The notes below the pieces were generated by a model. It did no database searches, was not told the DNA's origin, and saw only the letters and a list, made by a program, of their open reading frames with translations. From positions 32,001-96,000 of the forward strand of contig JBPCLP010000035.1 of assembly GCA_051003195.1 (NCBI GenBank): a stretch of 64,000 nucleotides of DNA. The letters are read 5' to 3'. This document shows positions 31,785-42,006 of this stretch, piece after piece. How positions within the stretch are numbered: position 1 is the first letter of the stretch; the number at the start of each line of letters is the position of its first letter. Origin of the DNA: Candidatus Sumerlaeaceae bacterium (GTDB lineage: Bacteria; Sumerlaeota; Sumerlaeia; Sumerlaeales; Sumerlaeaceae). A program made the position numbers and the translations under genes.

Positions 31785-32627
31785 ATGGCATCACGCCGCA
31801 ACCAGATACTTATCGCTTCCGCCATCTGGGTTGGAGTCTGCACCCTGGGCTGGCATGCGTATGCGAACGTGCTTCCAAAATATGGTTTGATCCGACGTAC
31901 CGTCACTCGGCCTGGCGCGCAGGACTGGCAGAATCTCCAGAAAGAACAGGAAGCTTTTTATAAGGAGAGCGTCCCGTGGTGGACACGTATCAGTATCAGC
32001 AGAAGCGAGCCCGGTCGCGGCATGAGCATTGGCGGTCTGCCGCGTGAGCAGAATGGCGCATATTATTACTTTGCGACCAATCAGAAACTCAGCGACACAT
32101 ACGCGTCCCTCACCGGCACCGAACGCTGGCAGATCTCCGAGTTGCCGAAGCTCGACGAGCGTTGGGATATTCGCATCAAAGCACCGCTTAATGAGAAGAA
32201 GAGCATTCCCGCCGCCTTTCTGAAAAAAATGGGCTGGAGTGTGCGTTCCATGGCCTCAACACTCGACGGCTATCGCTTCACTGCAGGTACTCCACCTGCC
32301 AATCCTTCTCCACCGGATGTCACCGGCCCGCGACGTGCAGCCAACATTCCTTCCATGAGGCTAGGAAACGCCCGCGGAATGATAGCCGGTCGCATTAATG
32401 CGCCAGTAGAAATCGATAAAAGTGTGCGCGACCAAAAACCTCCGGGAAATGCGAACCTGCAGCTGAACTGGGGGCTTCCACCGGAGAAATTTGTAAACCA
32501 GGTTGCCTCAATCTATGGAGTGGCTGTCCAGAAGACCAGCGTCGATACCACGAGTGTCCTGGTGTATCAGCCGAAAAAGGCCTCCCAGGAAGAGATGCAG
32601 CGTTGGGTTAAAGACGGCAAAATCTAG
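31785..32627 (+). CDS. Hypothetical membrane-anchored or exported protein
   Basis: 280-aa ORF with N-terminal hydrophobic segment; no family recognised. Confidence 0.7.
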   Translation: MASRRNQILIASAIWVGVCTLGWHAYANVLPKYGLIRRTVTRPGAQDWQNLQKEQEAFYKESVPWWTRISISRSEPGRGMSIGGLPREQNGAYYYFATNQKLSDTYASLTGTERWQISELPKLDERWDIRIKAPLNEKKSIPAAFLKKMGWSVRSMASTLDGYRFTAGTPPANPSPPDVTGPRRAANIPSMRLGNARGMIAGRINAPVEIDKSVRDQKPPGNANLQLNWGLPPEKFVNQVASIYGVAVQKTSVDTTSVLVYQPKKASQEEMQRWVKDGKI

Positions 32628-32787
32628 CATTCCCGAATCGCTGTCGCTGGTCGTAATTTCATCTGGTTTCCGCCCCGGGGCCTCCCGCGTGCTTTCCAGC
32701 AAATATCCATCCACAAAACAGACCGTTTCAAGATACCGATTTTGAACCATTACGGTAATTGTGCTCACCAATTTCCGGAGAAAGATT

Positions 32788-33012
32788 ATGACAGAGCTTA
32801 TGACGGTGAGCAACGTTGCCAGGGTGCTGGCGTTATCAACAAAGCGTGTATATCAGCTCATTGCATCGGGCAAGCTGGACAGCCTGCGAACCAGTCCGCG
32901 AACGATCCGTATTACACGTCACAGCCTGGAAAAATACATCGAAGAGCAGTTGGAAAGGGAACGCCGGGAACTTGGGTTGGACATCCAGCCCAGCTCTCGC
33001 CGACGCACTTGA
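32788..33012 (+). CDS. Excisionase/BldC-like small helix-turn-helix DNA-binding protein (HTH_17)
   Basis: LMTVSNVARVLALSTKRVYQLIASGKL...IRI; GGAG upstream. Confidence 0.85.
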   Translation: MTELMTVSNVARVLALSTKRVYQLIASGKLDSLRTSPRTIRITRHSLEKYIEEQLERERRELGLDIQPSSRRRT

Positions 33013-33015
33013 GGC

Positions 33016-35187
33016 TCAGGGTAAAGGCGCAAGGTAGACTTCCAGGGGAGCATTTCCTTTAACGCTGGTTGCGCTCGTACGCAACGTTCGGAGAAATTCA
33101 ATTACGGCCGCACGTGTGGATTTCCAGTTCGAGGAGCGATAAAATGGCGGGAACAAATCTTCGGGCGTAGGAGTGGCATCGAATGCTGCTGCAGCGTCTT
33201 CGTATGGGCCAATGCCCAGCTCACGCAATTGATCCCGGGTGGCGTACTGCCGGATGTAGCGGCGCAGTTCCTGGACGTTCACAAGCACATGCGTAATACC
33301 AGCCTGCTGCAATCTGAGGGAGATCTCAGCTGCATTAGCCGCGCCGTTCGCAATCCGCAGCAGCACGCTGTCGTCCCAGACGGTATTGTACACCACGTCT
33401 CTGGAAAACAGGTACGGTCGCGCTTCGTAGACGAGTAGAATTCGCGAGTTCCGCGGCAAGCCAGCGGCTTCTGGTAGAATCTCACCGAGAGCTCCCAGGT
33501 TCCGCCGGTAAAATTCAGCGCGAGGAGTCGTAGCGTAATCGCTCCTCGGCTCCGACAGCTCGAACTCCGCAAGATACCGGAACTCACCCGCGTTTGCGAC
33601 GGTAATTGTCTGGTGCAGCAGATGCACTGCTGTGTAGGCCAGCAACAGCGCCGACAAAAATCCACGAAGGTAACGGTGCGGCAGATGATTCACCGCAACG
33701 ATGGCCAGATAAATAAGCAGGGCAATGTCTACCAGCAGGAAGCGATTCTGGCTCTCGCGCACCAGGTTCCATAAAAGGTAGCTCGCCAAAACAAACAGGA
33801 GGAGAGCGATGCCCTGGCGCCTCAGTGGAGCTGCGTCAGGGTGCGAAGGTTCGCGTTTCAGCAGCAGCGGCGCGATACAGGCCAGCGGCAATAACATCCA
33901 TCCAAATTCGCGCAAACGCGGCACAAGCGAAGTCCAATAGCTCAAGGTCCAGAATGGTTGCGGGTAATGGGACGTAATATAGAATTTCTCGCGTGCAACG
34001 GCGGCGGCATCGTTCGGCCTGAATAACCAGCAAAAGAAAGGCTCAAGCGGATTGCCGTAAAGAAGCATGTTCTTACCCAGCCAGAAAATAGACGGCAGCG
34101 CGACTGCCAATCCGGCGACGACTGCCGTCGTCAGTTTATGATCGGACGCGATCCACTCGCGCCGGCGCAGCGCGGTGATTATCAGCAGAAATGGAAGGAG
34201 ATAGATTTGCGCGACGGTGTACTTGGATGCCAGCGCCACGCCGAACAGAAGAAACGCCACCGGGAGTTCTGCAACAGGAAGCACGCACGCCCCGTGAACC
34301 GCGGCGAGAACCAGAAACGCGACTGGAGCATCAATGAACGCGTCCAGCGACACTTCTCGCATAACCGGGTGCGCCAGCAGCAGAAGCGCTCCCGCCAATG
34401 CCAGTGCTCGGGAGCTCACTGCACTGCGAAGCATGCGGGTCAGTAGCAGCGCGCAGGCCACGACGAAAGCAGCATTAATGATTTTCGGCGCGAAATCGAG
34501 AGGCTCCGATAGAACAAGGCCCAGCCAGTAGAGACTCTCGATGGCGAACGGGAAACGTGCATAGAAGTTGTGTGGCACGGGCCCAAATCGCATCGCATGC
34601 CCGCCGCCCTTCAGCCCGAAAAGATTATCGCGCCACGCACCCAGGTGGTATTCCGTCACGTCGAACAACAGGGGCGGCGCGAACGTTGTGACCAGCAAAA
34701 GGCACAGTGCCCAGACAAGCAGGATAAGAAATGCAATCCCAAATGGATTATGGTGGCTCACCTCGAAGCGGGTTTTAAGATCGCTTTCGCCTGCCCGAGC
34801 ATGCATAAGTGCATAGATTCTTCCAATGCCGGCCGCCGCCGAGACAAACACCACAATCCATCCTAAATCGCGTGTGAGGGCGGAATTCGGCAGTATACCC
34901 AATCCAAGCACCACGCACGACAACAATCCGGCCCCGCAGCCAAATGCGAACAGCAACGCGAGCAGCCGGTCACGTTGCAACAACGCAGCGGGAATGCACA
35001 GCACCCCGATCCCCAGGCACGCAGCAATAACGGCTGCGCCGCTCGAGGACGCGATCCAGAAAGTCATCGCCCGCTCGAATGCAAATTGCAGCACGGCCGA
35101 CGGTACCGAGAACGGCAGCGCCACAAGCACAGCCCCCACCACGAGGACCGCGATCCACGATTGTGTCGTGAGTTTCACGAATAGCAC
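33016..35187 (-). CDS. Polytopic membrane protein, GT-C/ArnT-like glycosyltransferase
   Basis: PPLLFDVTEYHL, FYARFP, AFID, ALASKYT, KNMLLYGNP, RFLL, GITHVLVN. Confidence 0.75.
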   Translation of the reverse strand: MLFVKLTTQSWIAVLVVGAVLVALPFSVPSAVLQFAFERAMTFWIASSSGAAVIAACLGIGVLCIPAALLQRDRLLALLFAFGCGAGLLSCVVLGLGILPNSALTRDLGWIVVFVSAAAGIGRIYALMHARAGESDLKTRFEVSHHNPFGIAFLILLVWALCLLLVTTFAPPLLFDVTEYHLGAWRDNLFGLKGGGHAMRFGPVPHNFYARFPFAIESLYWLGLVLSEPLDFAPKIINAAFVVACALLLTRMLRSAVSSRALALAGALLLLAHPVMREVSLDAFIDAPVAFLVLAAVHGACVLPVAELPVAFLLFGVALASKYTVAQIYLLPFLLIITALRRREWIASDHKLTTAVVAGLAVALPSIFWLGKNMLLYGNPLEPFFCWLFRPNDAAAVAREKFYITSHYPQPFWTLSYWTSLVPRLREFGWMLLPLACIAPLLLKREPSHPDAAPLRRQGIALLLFVLASYLLWNLVRESQNRFLLVDIALLIYLAIVAVNHLPHRYLRGFLSALLLAYTAVHLLHQTITVANAGEFRYLAEFELSEPRSDYATTPRAEFYRRNLGALGEILPEAAGLPRNSRILLVYEARPYLFSRDVVYNTVWDDSVLLRIANGAANAAEISLRLQQAGITHVLVNVQELRRYIRQYATRDQLRELGIGPYEDAAAAFDATPTPEDLFPPFYRSSNWKSTRAAVIEFLRTLRTSATSVKGNAPLEVYLAPLP

Positions 35188-35324
35188 GTTCCGCTATGGA
35201 CGTCGAGTAAGCAAGTGGGGAAAACGTTTAGCGTTGAATGCTCGCAGCGCGACAAAGAGTTAGAAGGAAGTTTCCGCAATTCGAGAACACATAATCAACC
35301 GTCTGCCCACAAGAAAGCCCCTAT

Positions 35325-37628
35325 ATGAAACGCTTGCTCCGCGTTGAACTTTCTTTATTCGCGTGTGCCGGGATCGCCATGGCGTTCGCTCCACCCGCGG
35401 TTGCTGAGCCGGGCATTATTCCACCTGATGCTCAGACCAGCGGTATCATTCGTGTCTGGCCGGAATTGCTGGAGGCCGTACAGTCAAATACCGACCTCTG
35501 GGGCGAGCAGGCCATCACACAGCCCGACGGCCCAAGCTATGAATTCTTCAAAAGCAAAATGCCCACATTCCATTATGTCGACACGGACTTCCGCCACTAC
35601 CCTATCGTTCTGAGCGGCCCGGGTTCTCCGCGCAAGGCGCGCCTTGTCAGCAACGGCAGCGGCGTCAACTCTCGCGCGAACGCAAAGTACTGGAAGGAAA
35701 TCGGTTTTCCAGTCACTTTCCGGGTAGGCGACTCCGCCACCACGTATGGGGAGGACCTGCATCGCCTTGATGGGCCGCGTTACCGCAATGGCTACCTACC
35801 CGTTGTGGAGATGGCTTACCTGGATGGCAGCGCTGAATACGCGCTCGAAGCGTTTACGCCGGTCGACAAGAAGATCGTCGATAATGCTCCCGTGCTGCTG
35901 CAATTCGGATTGCGTAAAGGCGAGAGCGCTCTTTTTGCGGCGGATATTGACGCGACAAGGCCGCTCACTGAAATTCGCGGTACACTGCGCGACAGCAAAG
36001 GCGCTCTTCTGGTCGCATTCGACAGCTCCTGGAAATGGGACGCCGAAGCCCAGCGCCTCAATGCCACCCTCAGCTCCAAAACATCTGCCACGCTCGCAAT
36101 CTTTACTGAGCCGCTATCTGGAGCAATTCCATTTCAGATCGAACCCGCATCTTATGCGAAGTTACGCAGGCAATGTTGCGATTACTGGGACGGGCTACTC
36201 AACCGCGGCACACGCATCGAGACTCCCGAGGCTGTCGTAAACAATTCATGGCGCGCACACATCGTCGCCAATTACATGTTACTCAATGGCAACCGCATGC
36301 ACTACAGCGCCGGCAACCAGTACGAAAAACTTTACGAGGCCGAAGGCGGCGACGCGGTACGCGGCCTCATGCTATTCGGGCACTTAGCCGACATGCCCCG
36401 CATGATTATCCCCCTTCTGGATTTTACCCGCCCCGGTCTAATCTACCACCAGGCTGGTCTCAAGCTGCAGCTGCTCACCCGTTACTACTGGCTCACCCGC
36501 GACGCGGCATTTGTCCATGCGCAGCGCCGGCGCTGGCAACCTGAGGTCGACAAAATACTCAACGATCGCCAGACGTCCACCGGGTTATTGCCGCGCGAGC
36601 AATACGCCGGGGATATTGCGACAAAGGTTTACTCGCTCAACTCCAACGCGAATAGCTGGCGCGGGCTCCGCGAAATGGCAACCGTGCTCGGCGCGATGGG
36701 GGATGACGTCGACGCCAGGCGCTACACGAATGACGCCGCAAAGTTCCGTGATGTTATTGTAGATGCCGCCACAAGCAGCATTGACCGCAGCACCTCCGTT
36801 CCGTTCGTGCCGCTCGCACTTTTTGGCGAAATCCCGATCGATGGACGCCTCAGCGCGACACGCCTCGGCGGTTATTATGATCTCATGCTGCCCTACATTA
36901 TAGGTTCGCGTATTTTTGGCCCGGGCTCTGACCCCGAGACCTGGATGATCGAAACACTCAAGCAGCGCGGTGGCCTCTGTATGGGAATGATCAGAGGCGC
37001 GGGACTCAACAAAATGTACGGTGGTGTCACAGGTGGCTTTAACAATCTCTACACGATCCGGCTCACCGTGGCGCAACTCGAACGCGACGAGGTCGATCGT
37101 GCGCTTGTCAGCTTCTACGGCAAGCTCGCGCAGGGTCAGACATGGGATACCTTTATCAGCGGCGAAGGGTCGGGCATGGCACCGTATGATGAGCATGGAC
37201 GCCCCTTTTACGATCCGCCAAACTCCGCAGCAAATGCATACCTCCTGCACATGTTAAGGTATATGCTCGTTCAGGACTGGGACCTCGATGATGACTGTAC
37301 GCCGGAGACCCTTCGACTCATGTTTGCAACACCGGGACGGTGGCTGGCCGCCGGCGGTAAAATTGGTGTCGAGCGAGCTCCCACCGCGTTCGGCGAGGTT
37401 TCAGTATCCGCTGAGTCGCACCTGGACAAAGGTGAAGTGATCATGAAGGTTTCAGCGCCGTCGCGAAATATGCCCGCAACAACTCTGCTGCGTTGCCGGC
37501 TTCCGGCCGGGCATCAGGTCATCAGTGCCACCGCAAACGGAAAAGCGCTCTCCGTGGACGCGAAGGGGAGTGCCGATGTTAGTAAGTTGCGCGGTACGTA
37601 CACAGTCAAGTTCACCTGCACAAGATAG
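35325..37628 (+). CDS. Large exported protein, possible six-hairpin glycosidase-like enzyme
   Basis: Signal peptide; helical catalytic-like region; C-terminal APTAFGEVS beta domain resembling those of (alpha/alpha)6 glycosidases. Confidence 0.6.
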   Translation: MKRLLRVELSLFACAGIAMAFAPPAVAEPGIIPPDAQTSGIIRVWPELLEAVQSNTDLWGEQAITQPDGPSYEFFKSKMPTFHYVDTDFRHYPIVLSGPGSPRKARLVSNGSGVNSRANAKYWKEIGFPVTFRVGDSATTYGEDLHRLDGPRYRNGYLPVVEMAYLDGSAEYALEAFTPVDKKIVDNAPVLLQFGLRKGESALFAADIDATRPLTEIRGTLRDSKGALLVAFDSSWKWDAEAQRLNATLSSKTSATLAIFTEPLSGAIPFQIEPASYAKLRRQCCDYWDGLLNRGTRIETPEAVVNNSWRAHIVANYMLLNGNRMHYSAGNQYEKLYEAEGGDAVRGLMLFGHLADMPRMIIPLLDFTRPGLIYHQAGLKLQLLTRYYWLTRDAAFVHAQRRRWQPEVDKILNDRQTSTGLLPREQYAGDIATKVYSLNSNANSWRGLREMATVLGAMGDDVDARRYTNDAAKFRDVIVDAATSSIDRSTSVPFVPLALFGEIPIDGRLSATRLGGYYDLMLPYIIGSRIFGPGSDPETWMIETLKQRGGLCMGMIRGAGLNKMYGGVTGGFNNLYTIRLTVAQLERDEVDRALVSFYGKLAQGQTWDTFISGEGSGMAPYDEHGRPFYDPPNSAANAYLLHMLRYMLVQDWDLDDDCTPETLRLMFATPGRWLAAGGKIGVERAPTAFGEVSVSAESHLDKGEVIMKVSAPSRNMPATTLLRCRLPAGHQVISATANGKALSVDAKGSADVSKLRGTYTVKFTCTR

Positions 37629-37659
37629 TAAATGGACTCGAGCGCCGGACTTTTGAGCG

Positions 37660-38793
37660 CTAGAACCGCAACTCCTGCATCATTCCGGGCACCTCCAGAG
37701 ACTCGGTGATCTTTTTCAAGCCATTGCCCGCGCTGTCATAAACCAAGATAGTGCCTCCACGGAACACTCCCAGCGCCGTTGCAATCTCCGCCGCCTGTTC
37801 TAATTCCAGCTTCACTGGGAAGTATTTCTCCCGTATCAGTTTCACCACCTCGGGATTTGTGAAGACCTCGCGATCGTATTTCATGCAAAGTTGGCTTTCG
37901 CCGGAGTGGAAATAGATAACGATGCGCTTTTGCTTGTCCGCCGCTGCACTGGCCTGTGCCTGCTGGAGGTTCGACATCCACGAAATGCCGGACGAGACGT
38001 CCACGCCTGGCGGCACCGCACCCGCCGAAAGACCTGCCGCAGGAGCAGAGTAGGCAGCACTGGGCGAGCCTGAGGCTCCTGCATTCGGAGCAGAACCCAA
38101 AACTCCGGCTGGCTGAGCTGCAACATTCGCGTTCAGCAGAGGAGCTGCACCGGCAGGTATCGAGGCTCCGAGACCACGCATTTCCACCCGGTCTCGCGGG
38201 AACAATTCGGCACCATCGGCGGGCGTCAGCGGCTTCAGCACAAATCGAACTGCATCGGCATAAACAGCTCCCGGTTTGCTCGGGTCATTCGGCGTGGTGT
38301 CACGAGCGTTCGCACTCACTGCAATATAGTCATCACCGCCAGCAGCAAAGTCCCATTCCCCAAGGTAAATCCATCGGCTGCCATTAGCGGGGTTCCGATA
38401 GCCGACTCCGTTTTGGATCACTGACTTTGCACTTTGGTTGCCGGAGCAGCGTGTCACATACAGAACCTGTTTTGAATTTGCTGCCCTCGGCCACGTGACG
38501 TACACGCAATAGTGTCCCGCGTTTGTAAAACGTGGGTAAAAGCGCGCTTCGCCAGCCGTACCCGTGTTGAGCTTTCGTGCCATGCAAGTGCCGGCAGGCG
38601 TAAGTCCGGGCGCACCGCTTCGCTCTGTTGTTGCGTCCACGCTTGAGATCCATTGTCCCGAAATCTCAGCGTAATTGCTCGAGTTCTGTCCACCCTGGCA
38701 TGCTTCAATAATGATATCCTGCGCGATGCCAAGGCCGCATAACGCTACAGCAGTGATACAAATGCCAATTTGTCGAATGAGAGATGTGTCCAT
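37660..38793 (-). CDS. Exported protein with golvesin/CBM-like N-domain, low-complexity linker and thioredoxin-like C-domain
   Basis: Signal peptide; AGHYCVYVTW, WIYLGEWDF, VYADAVRF; WMSNLQQA...IYFHSGESQLC. Confidence 0.7.
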   Translation of the reverse strand: MDTSLIRQIGICITAVALCGLGIAQDIIIEACQGGQNSSNYAEISGQWISSVDATTERSGAPGLTPAGTCMARKLNTGTAGEARFYPRFTNAGHYCVYVTWPRAANSKQVLYVTRCSGNQSAKSVIQNGVGYRNPANGSRWIYLGEWDFAAGGDDYIAVSANARDTTPNDPSKPGAVYADAVRFVLKPLTPADGAELFPRDRVEMRGLGASIPAGAAPLLNANVAAQPAGVLGSAPNAGASGSPSAAYSAPAAGLSAGAVPPGVDVSSGISWMSNLQQAQASAAADKQKRIVIYFHSGESQLCMKYDREVFTNPEVVKLIREKYFPVKLELEQAAEIATALGVFRGGTILVYDSAGNGLKKITESLEVPGMMQELRF

Positions 38794-38903
38794 ACAATGA
38801 CCTCGTGGGTTTGCCAACGCCCGTATTTCGGAAACTACGATCATCCATATTCAACACAATTGAAAGGAGCAGCATAATTACATCGTGAGTATCGACGTCT
38901 GCT

Positions 38904-39374
38904 TTAAGAGTCGAGCTTGCCAAGTTGCCGAAGTGCTTCCAGCAGCACGATGGATACTGCCGTTGCCAGGTTCAGGCTCCGCACATTCTCACTCGGCATT
39001 GGGATCGTGAGGCAGTGTTCCGCGTTCTCGTGCAGAATAGCTTCAGGCAGCCCGCGCGTCTCCGGCCCGAAAACCAGGCAATCGTTTGGCGCATAATGCC
39101 AGGTGTGGTAAGGCCGAATTGCCTTTGTGCTGAAGTAAATCAGCCGCAGTTCCGGATTTGCAGACTGAAAGTCCCCGAGATTACTGTGGCGGCGCAAATC
39201 CACAAACGGCCAGTAATCCAGGCCGGCCCGCTTGGCCGCCCGATCGGACATTTGGAAGGCAGGATAACCAACAATGTGCAGCGGTACACACATGGCCGCG
39301 CACAGGCGCGCGATGTTCCCGGTATTCGGCGGAATCTCAGGTTCATAAAGTGCAATCGAGACCATCACGTTCAT
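38904..39374 (-). CDS. trmL: tRNA (cytidine/uridine-34-2'-O)-methyltransferase
   Basis: EPEIPPNTGNIARLC, RAGLDYW, FGPETRGLP, RSLNLA. Confidence 0.96.
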   Translation of the reverse strand: MNVMVSIALYEPEIPPNTGNIARLCAAMCVPLHIVGYPAFQMSDRAAKRAGLDYWPFVDLRRHSNLGDFQSANPELRLIYFSTKAIRPYHTWHYAPNDCLVFGPETRGLPEAILHENAEHCLTIPMPSENVRSLNLATAVSIVLLEALRQLGKLDS

Positions 39375-39428
39375 TTCTCAATAGGGTCGCCGCCACACGC
39401 AATTGCATAAATACGAAAAAGCCGCTGA

Positions 39429-39908
39429 ATGCGCAGCCAATTGCATGTGCAAATAACCCGGGGAATTGCAATGGGACGCAGATGTGACAAGCCGGCTACG
39501 CGCCTTGTACATGACGGTCGCGGATTCCGTACGCCACTGCAGGAGTGCGGGGCCAATAGCCTTGCGTTCCTGCAGCGTGAAATAGCTGCACTTCCGCGTC
39601 GACCGCAGTACCCGAAGCAGAAGCTCCGCCAATTGCATCAGCCACGCCCCGCCCCGACCTCTCATCCCGTCCGTAGCGGAATCGTCACCTCTTTGCACTG
39701 GCTGCTCGCCAGCCTTATCGTCGGCGTCATCGTATTTTCAGGACTGGCAACGCTGGGGAGATTACTCTCGCCTGAGCTGTCGCCTTTACCGACGGGTGTT
39801 GCTCCTTTTGGGCCAAAGCTTCTGCTCACTTTTGCGCTTTACGCCGGCACGGGTTGCTCCGCCGGTGCGGGCCTCATGTACTGGTTGCTGCGATCCAGCC
39901 AGAACTGA
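39429..39908 (+). CDS. Hypothetical membrane protein (start uncertain)
   Basis: Two C-terminal hydrophobic segments; fills the gap between trmL and the next gene. Confidence 0.4.
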   Translation: MRSQLHVQITRGIAMGRRCDKPATRLVHDGRGFRTPLQECGANSLAFLQREIAALPRRPQYPKQKLRQLHQPRPAPTSHPVRSGIVTSLHWLLASLIVGVIVFSGLATLGRLLSPELSPLPTGVAPFGPKLLLTFALYAGTGCSAGAGLMYWLLRSSQN

Positions 39909-39954
39909 GACACTGGAGAAACCAGCTGCCTCCTTTCTGTGTTTCCGCTTCCAA

Positions 39955-40545
39955 TTACATTCGGACTTTCCCCGGACTTTGCGATTGCTTCAGCTGAGGC
40001 GTAGGCTTCGGAAAAGGGTTGCCGATCGTGCGTCGCAGGTCGTCTGCCTGCTGAAGCAGAATCTCCATCTCATGCTCATAGGAATTCGTGCCGTTCACGG
40101 AGTGTTCTGCGAGAGACGACGTGCGGCTGGCCGTTTTTGCCGCATCCAATGCATTATCATTCAGCGTCTGCATTGCAAGTAATGCCGCCTGGCGCTTGTT
40201 CGGTTCATCTGTCGATTGTAGCTCAATCATTGCCTGGCGTGCATCCGACCGTATAGGATCCAATCCAGTCTTTGGCCACACACCGGCTGCCACTGCTTCG
40301 GCGGCCTCAACAGCCCGGCGAAGCCGGGGATCTTCGAGGTGGTGCCACCATCGGCGCGCACAATGGCAGGTAAATTCGCGCAGCCTTTCAGCATCGCACG
40401 GACTCAATATTTCAAATAGCCACAGCATCCAGTCGGCGCGTTCGCAATAGCGCCACAGGCCCTCAACAGTTGTGAAGCGCCGGGCGAATTTCTCAAAGCC
40501 CACCGGAACTTCATAACGGCTGAGAACCTCGGGAATCGTCAACAT
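39955..40545 (-). CDS. Hypothetical protein, Ala-rich helical
   Basis: GAGGAGG RBS before TTG; W...RADWMLWL and RLREFTCHCARR...RRAVEAAE motifs. Confidence 0.75.
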   Translation of the reverse strand: MLTIPEVLSRYEVPVGFEKFARRFTTVEGLWRYCERADWMLWLFEILSPCDAERLREFTCHCARRWWHHLEDPRLRRAVEAAEAVAAGVWPKTGLDPIRSDARQAMIELQSTDEPNKRQAALLAMQTLNDNALDAAKTASRTSSLAEHSVNGTNSYEHEMEILLQQADDLRRTIGNPFPKPTPQLKQSQSPGKVRM

Positions 40546-40696
40546 TGTCGGGGTCCTCCTCGATTGTCAGCATGCTCACACGTTCTGTCTTCAATTATCA
40601 CGCCAAATCTAACTTGTTATGGCTTCTGCACCTGTTAATTTGGACTGGAGTTCGATTTATGGTAAACCTGGGATGTGGACTAAAGGCACGAAAAAC

Positions 40697-41239
40697 ATGA
40701 TTACCCCGCAGATAGTGATGGATAGTTTTAAGGCGGTGCGTGGCAACACGATTCAAATCGCGCGCGATATCCCCGCAGACCAGTACAGCTTTCGCGCCAC
40801 CCCGGAGACCCGCTCGGTCCTCGAGTATTTTCGCGATATCATACGCGTGACCGAATTCGTCGTTGGAGTCGCCTTAAGCAGCGAAACGGTCCGCTTTACA
40901 GAGCGCTCCCGGGACGAATGGGCCAGGATATTCGTCCAAACCGATGTGGCCGCGTTAAACACTCCAAACGAGGTCGCGGCAGCGCTGCAATCGTCCATTC
41001 AGGATCTTTACAAGAGAGTCACAGAGGCAGACGATGGCTTTCTGAACGAGACTTTTCTCGCGCCGGACAACATTCACAAGGTGCGACTATGGATGATCAA
41101 TACCGCAAAGGAACAGGAGATGGTACTACGCGGGCAACTCTTGCTGATTGAACGAATGCTGGGGATCGTGCCCCACACAACGCGGCGACAGCAGGAGGCG
41201 CAGCGCGCTAAGGAGCAGCGCTCAGCGAAAGAGTCGTGA
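40697..41239 (+). CDS. DinB/YfiT-like four-helix-bundle protein
   Basis: DIPADQYSFRATPETRSV and RGQL..IERMLGIVPH; metal-binding His residues absent. Confidence 0.75.
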   Translation: MITPQIVMDSFKAVRGNTIQIARDIPADQYSFRATPETRSVLEYFRDIIRVTEFVVGVALSSETVRFTERSRDEWARIFVQTDVAALNTPNEVAAALQSSIQDLYKRVTEADDGFLNETFLAPDNIHKVRLWMINTAKEQEMVLRGQLLLIERMLGIVPHTTRRQQEAQRAKEQRSAKES

Positions 41240-41290
41240 TTTCTGGCGCACGTCGCGCTTGAGCGCGAATGCTCATACATGACAAACTGC

Positions 41291-41324
41291 AAAAAGAAAG
41301 GCCGGACATTAACGGGTCCGGCCT
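41291..41324 (-). terminator. Rho-independent terminator
   Basis: AGGCCGGAC...GTCCGGCCT stem followed by TTCTTTTT on the minus strand, after the 41354 stop. Confidence 0.75.
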
Positions 41325-41353
41325 GATGTGATGCCGCAGCTTCGACTAAAAAC

Positions 41354-41788
41354 CTATAAGGTTTTTTCCTCCACCGTGACGGACGTCGTACGTCCGCCCA
41401 TGCGTCCTGAGCCCCACCGGGCCCGCATTTCAGCGGCCTTCGTTTCGAATTCCTTCTTCTGCTCGTCCGTCAGCACGCCCTCGATTTCCTTCTTCTGCTC
41501 TTCCTGCAGTTTCTGGTAATCGGCCGGCCCAGTGCTTCCCCCGCTTTTGCGCAGCTCCTGCATTTTCGTGCGGCCGTCGGCCTGCATTTTCTCCAGCTTG
41601 GCTTTTTGCTCATCCGTAATGCCCGGAAGCTTAAGAGCCACGCCGTACAGACCGCCTCCACGTCCTCCGCGACCTCCGCCGCTGGCCGACGCCGTTGTCG
41701 CTGCGTCCTGAGCCACGGCGCTCGCGCCCATCGAAACCACCAATGTCACCGCGACTGCAAGAGCCGCAAACCTGCCGTTGTACCACAT
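41354..41788 (-). CDS. Spy/CpxP-like periplasmic protein (LTxxQ motifs)
   Basis: Signal peptide; Gly/Arg-rich segment; ITDEQKAK and VLTDEQKK; GGAGG 8 nt before the ATG. Confidence 0.75.
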   Translation of the reverse strand: MWYNGRFAALAVAVTLVVSMGASAVAQDAATTASASGGGRGGRGGGLYGVALKLPGITDEQKAKLEKMQADGRTKMQELRKSGGSTGPADYQKLQEEQKKEIEGVLTDEQKKEFETKAAEMRARWGSGRMGGRTTSVTVEEKTL

Positions 41789-42006
41789 AACCATTTCCTC
41801 CAGTTTAGCTGTTCGCGGGGTTAGTCCACGCCCCAATTGCGCGCGATTCGGAGCAGCTTTCCCGCCGCTATTACAGTTGTCGTTTTGCCCGCTGGAGTGC
41901 GTGTAAAGGCAAAAGTGATTGAGCTAAATCCAAAGCTTACCGTAGCGTGACGTGCGTTACCATCGCCAGAAGCCCGAGATATTGCTGAGCAATGAGATGC
42001 GCTGTC

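Noticed and set aside
32788..33012. Excisionase-like gene as a sign of a prophage or ICE
   Set aside because: No integrase, att repeats or phage genes nearby; stand-alone HTH_17/BldC-like regulators are common.
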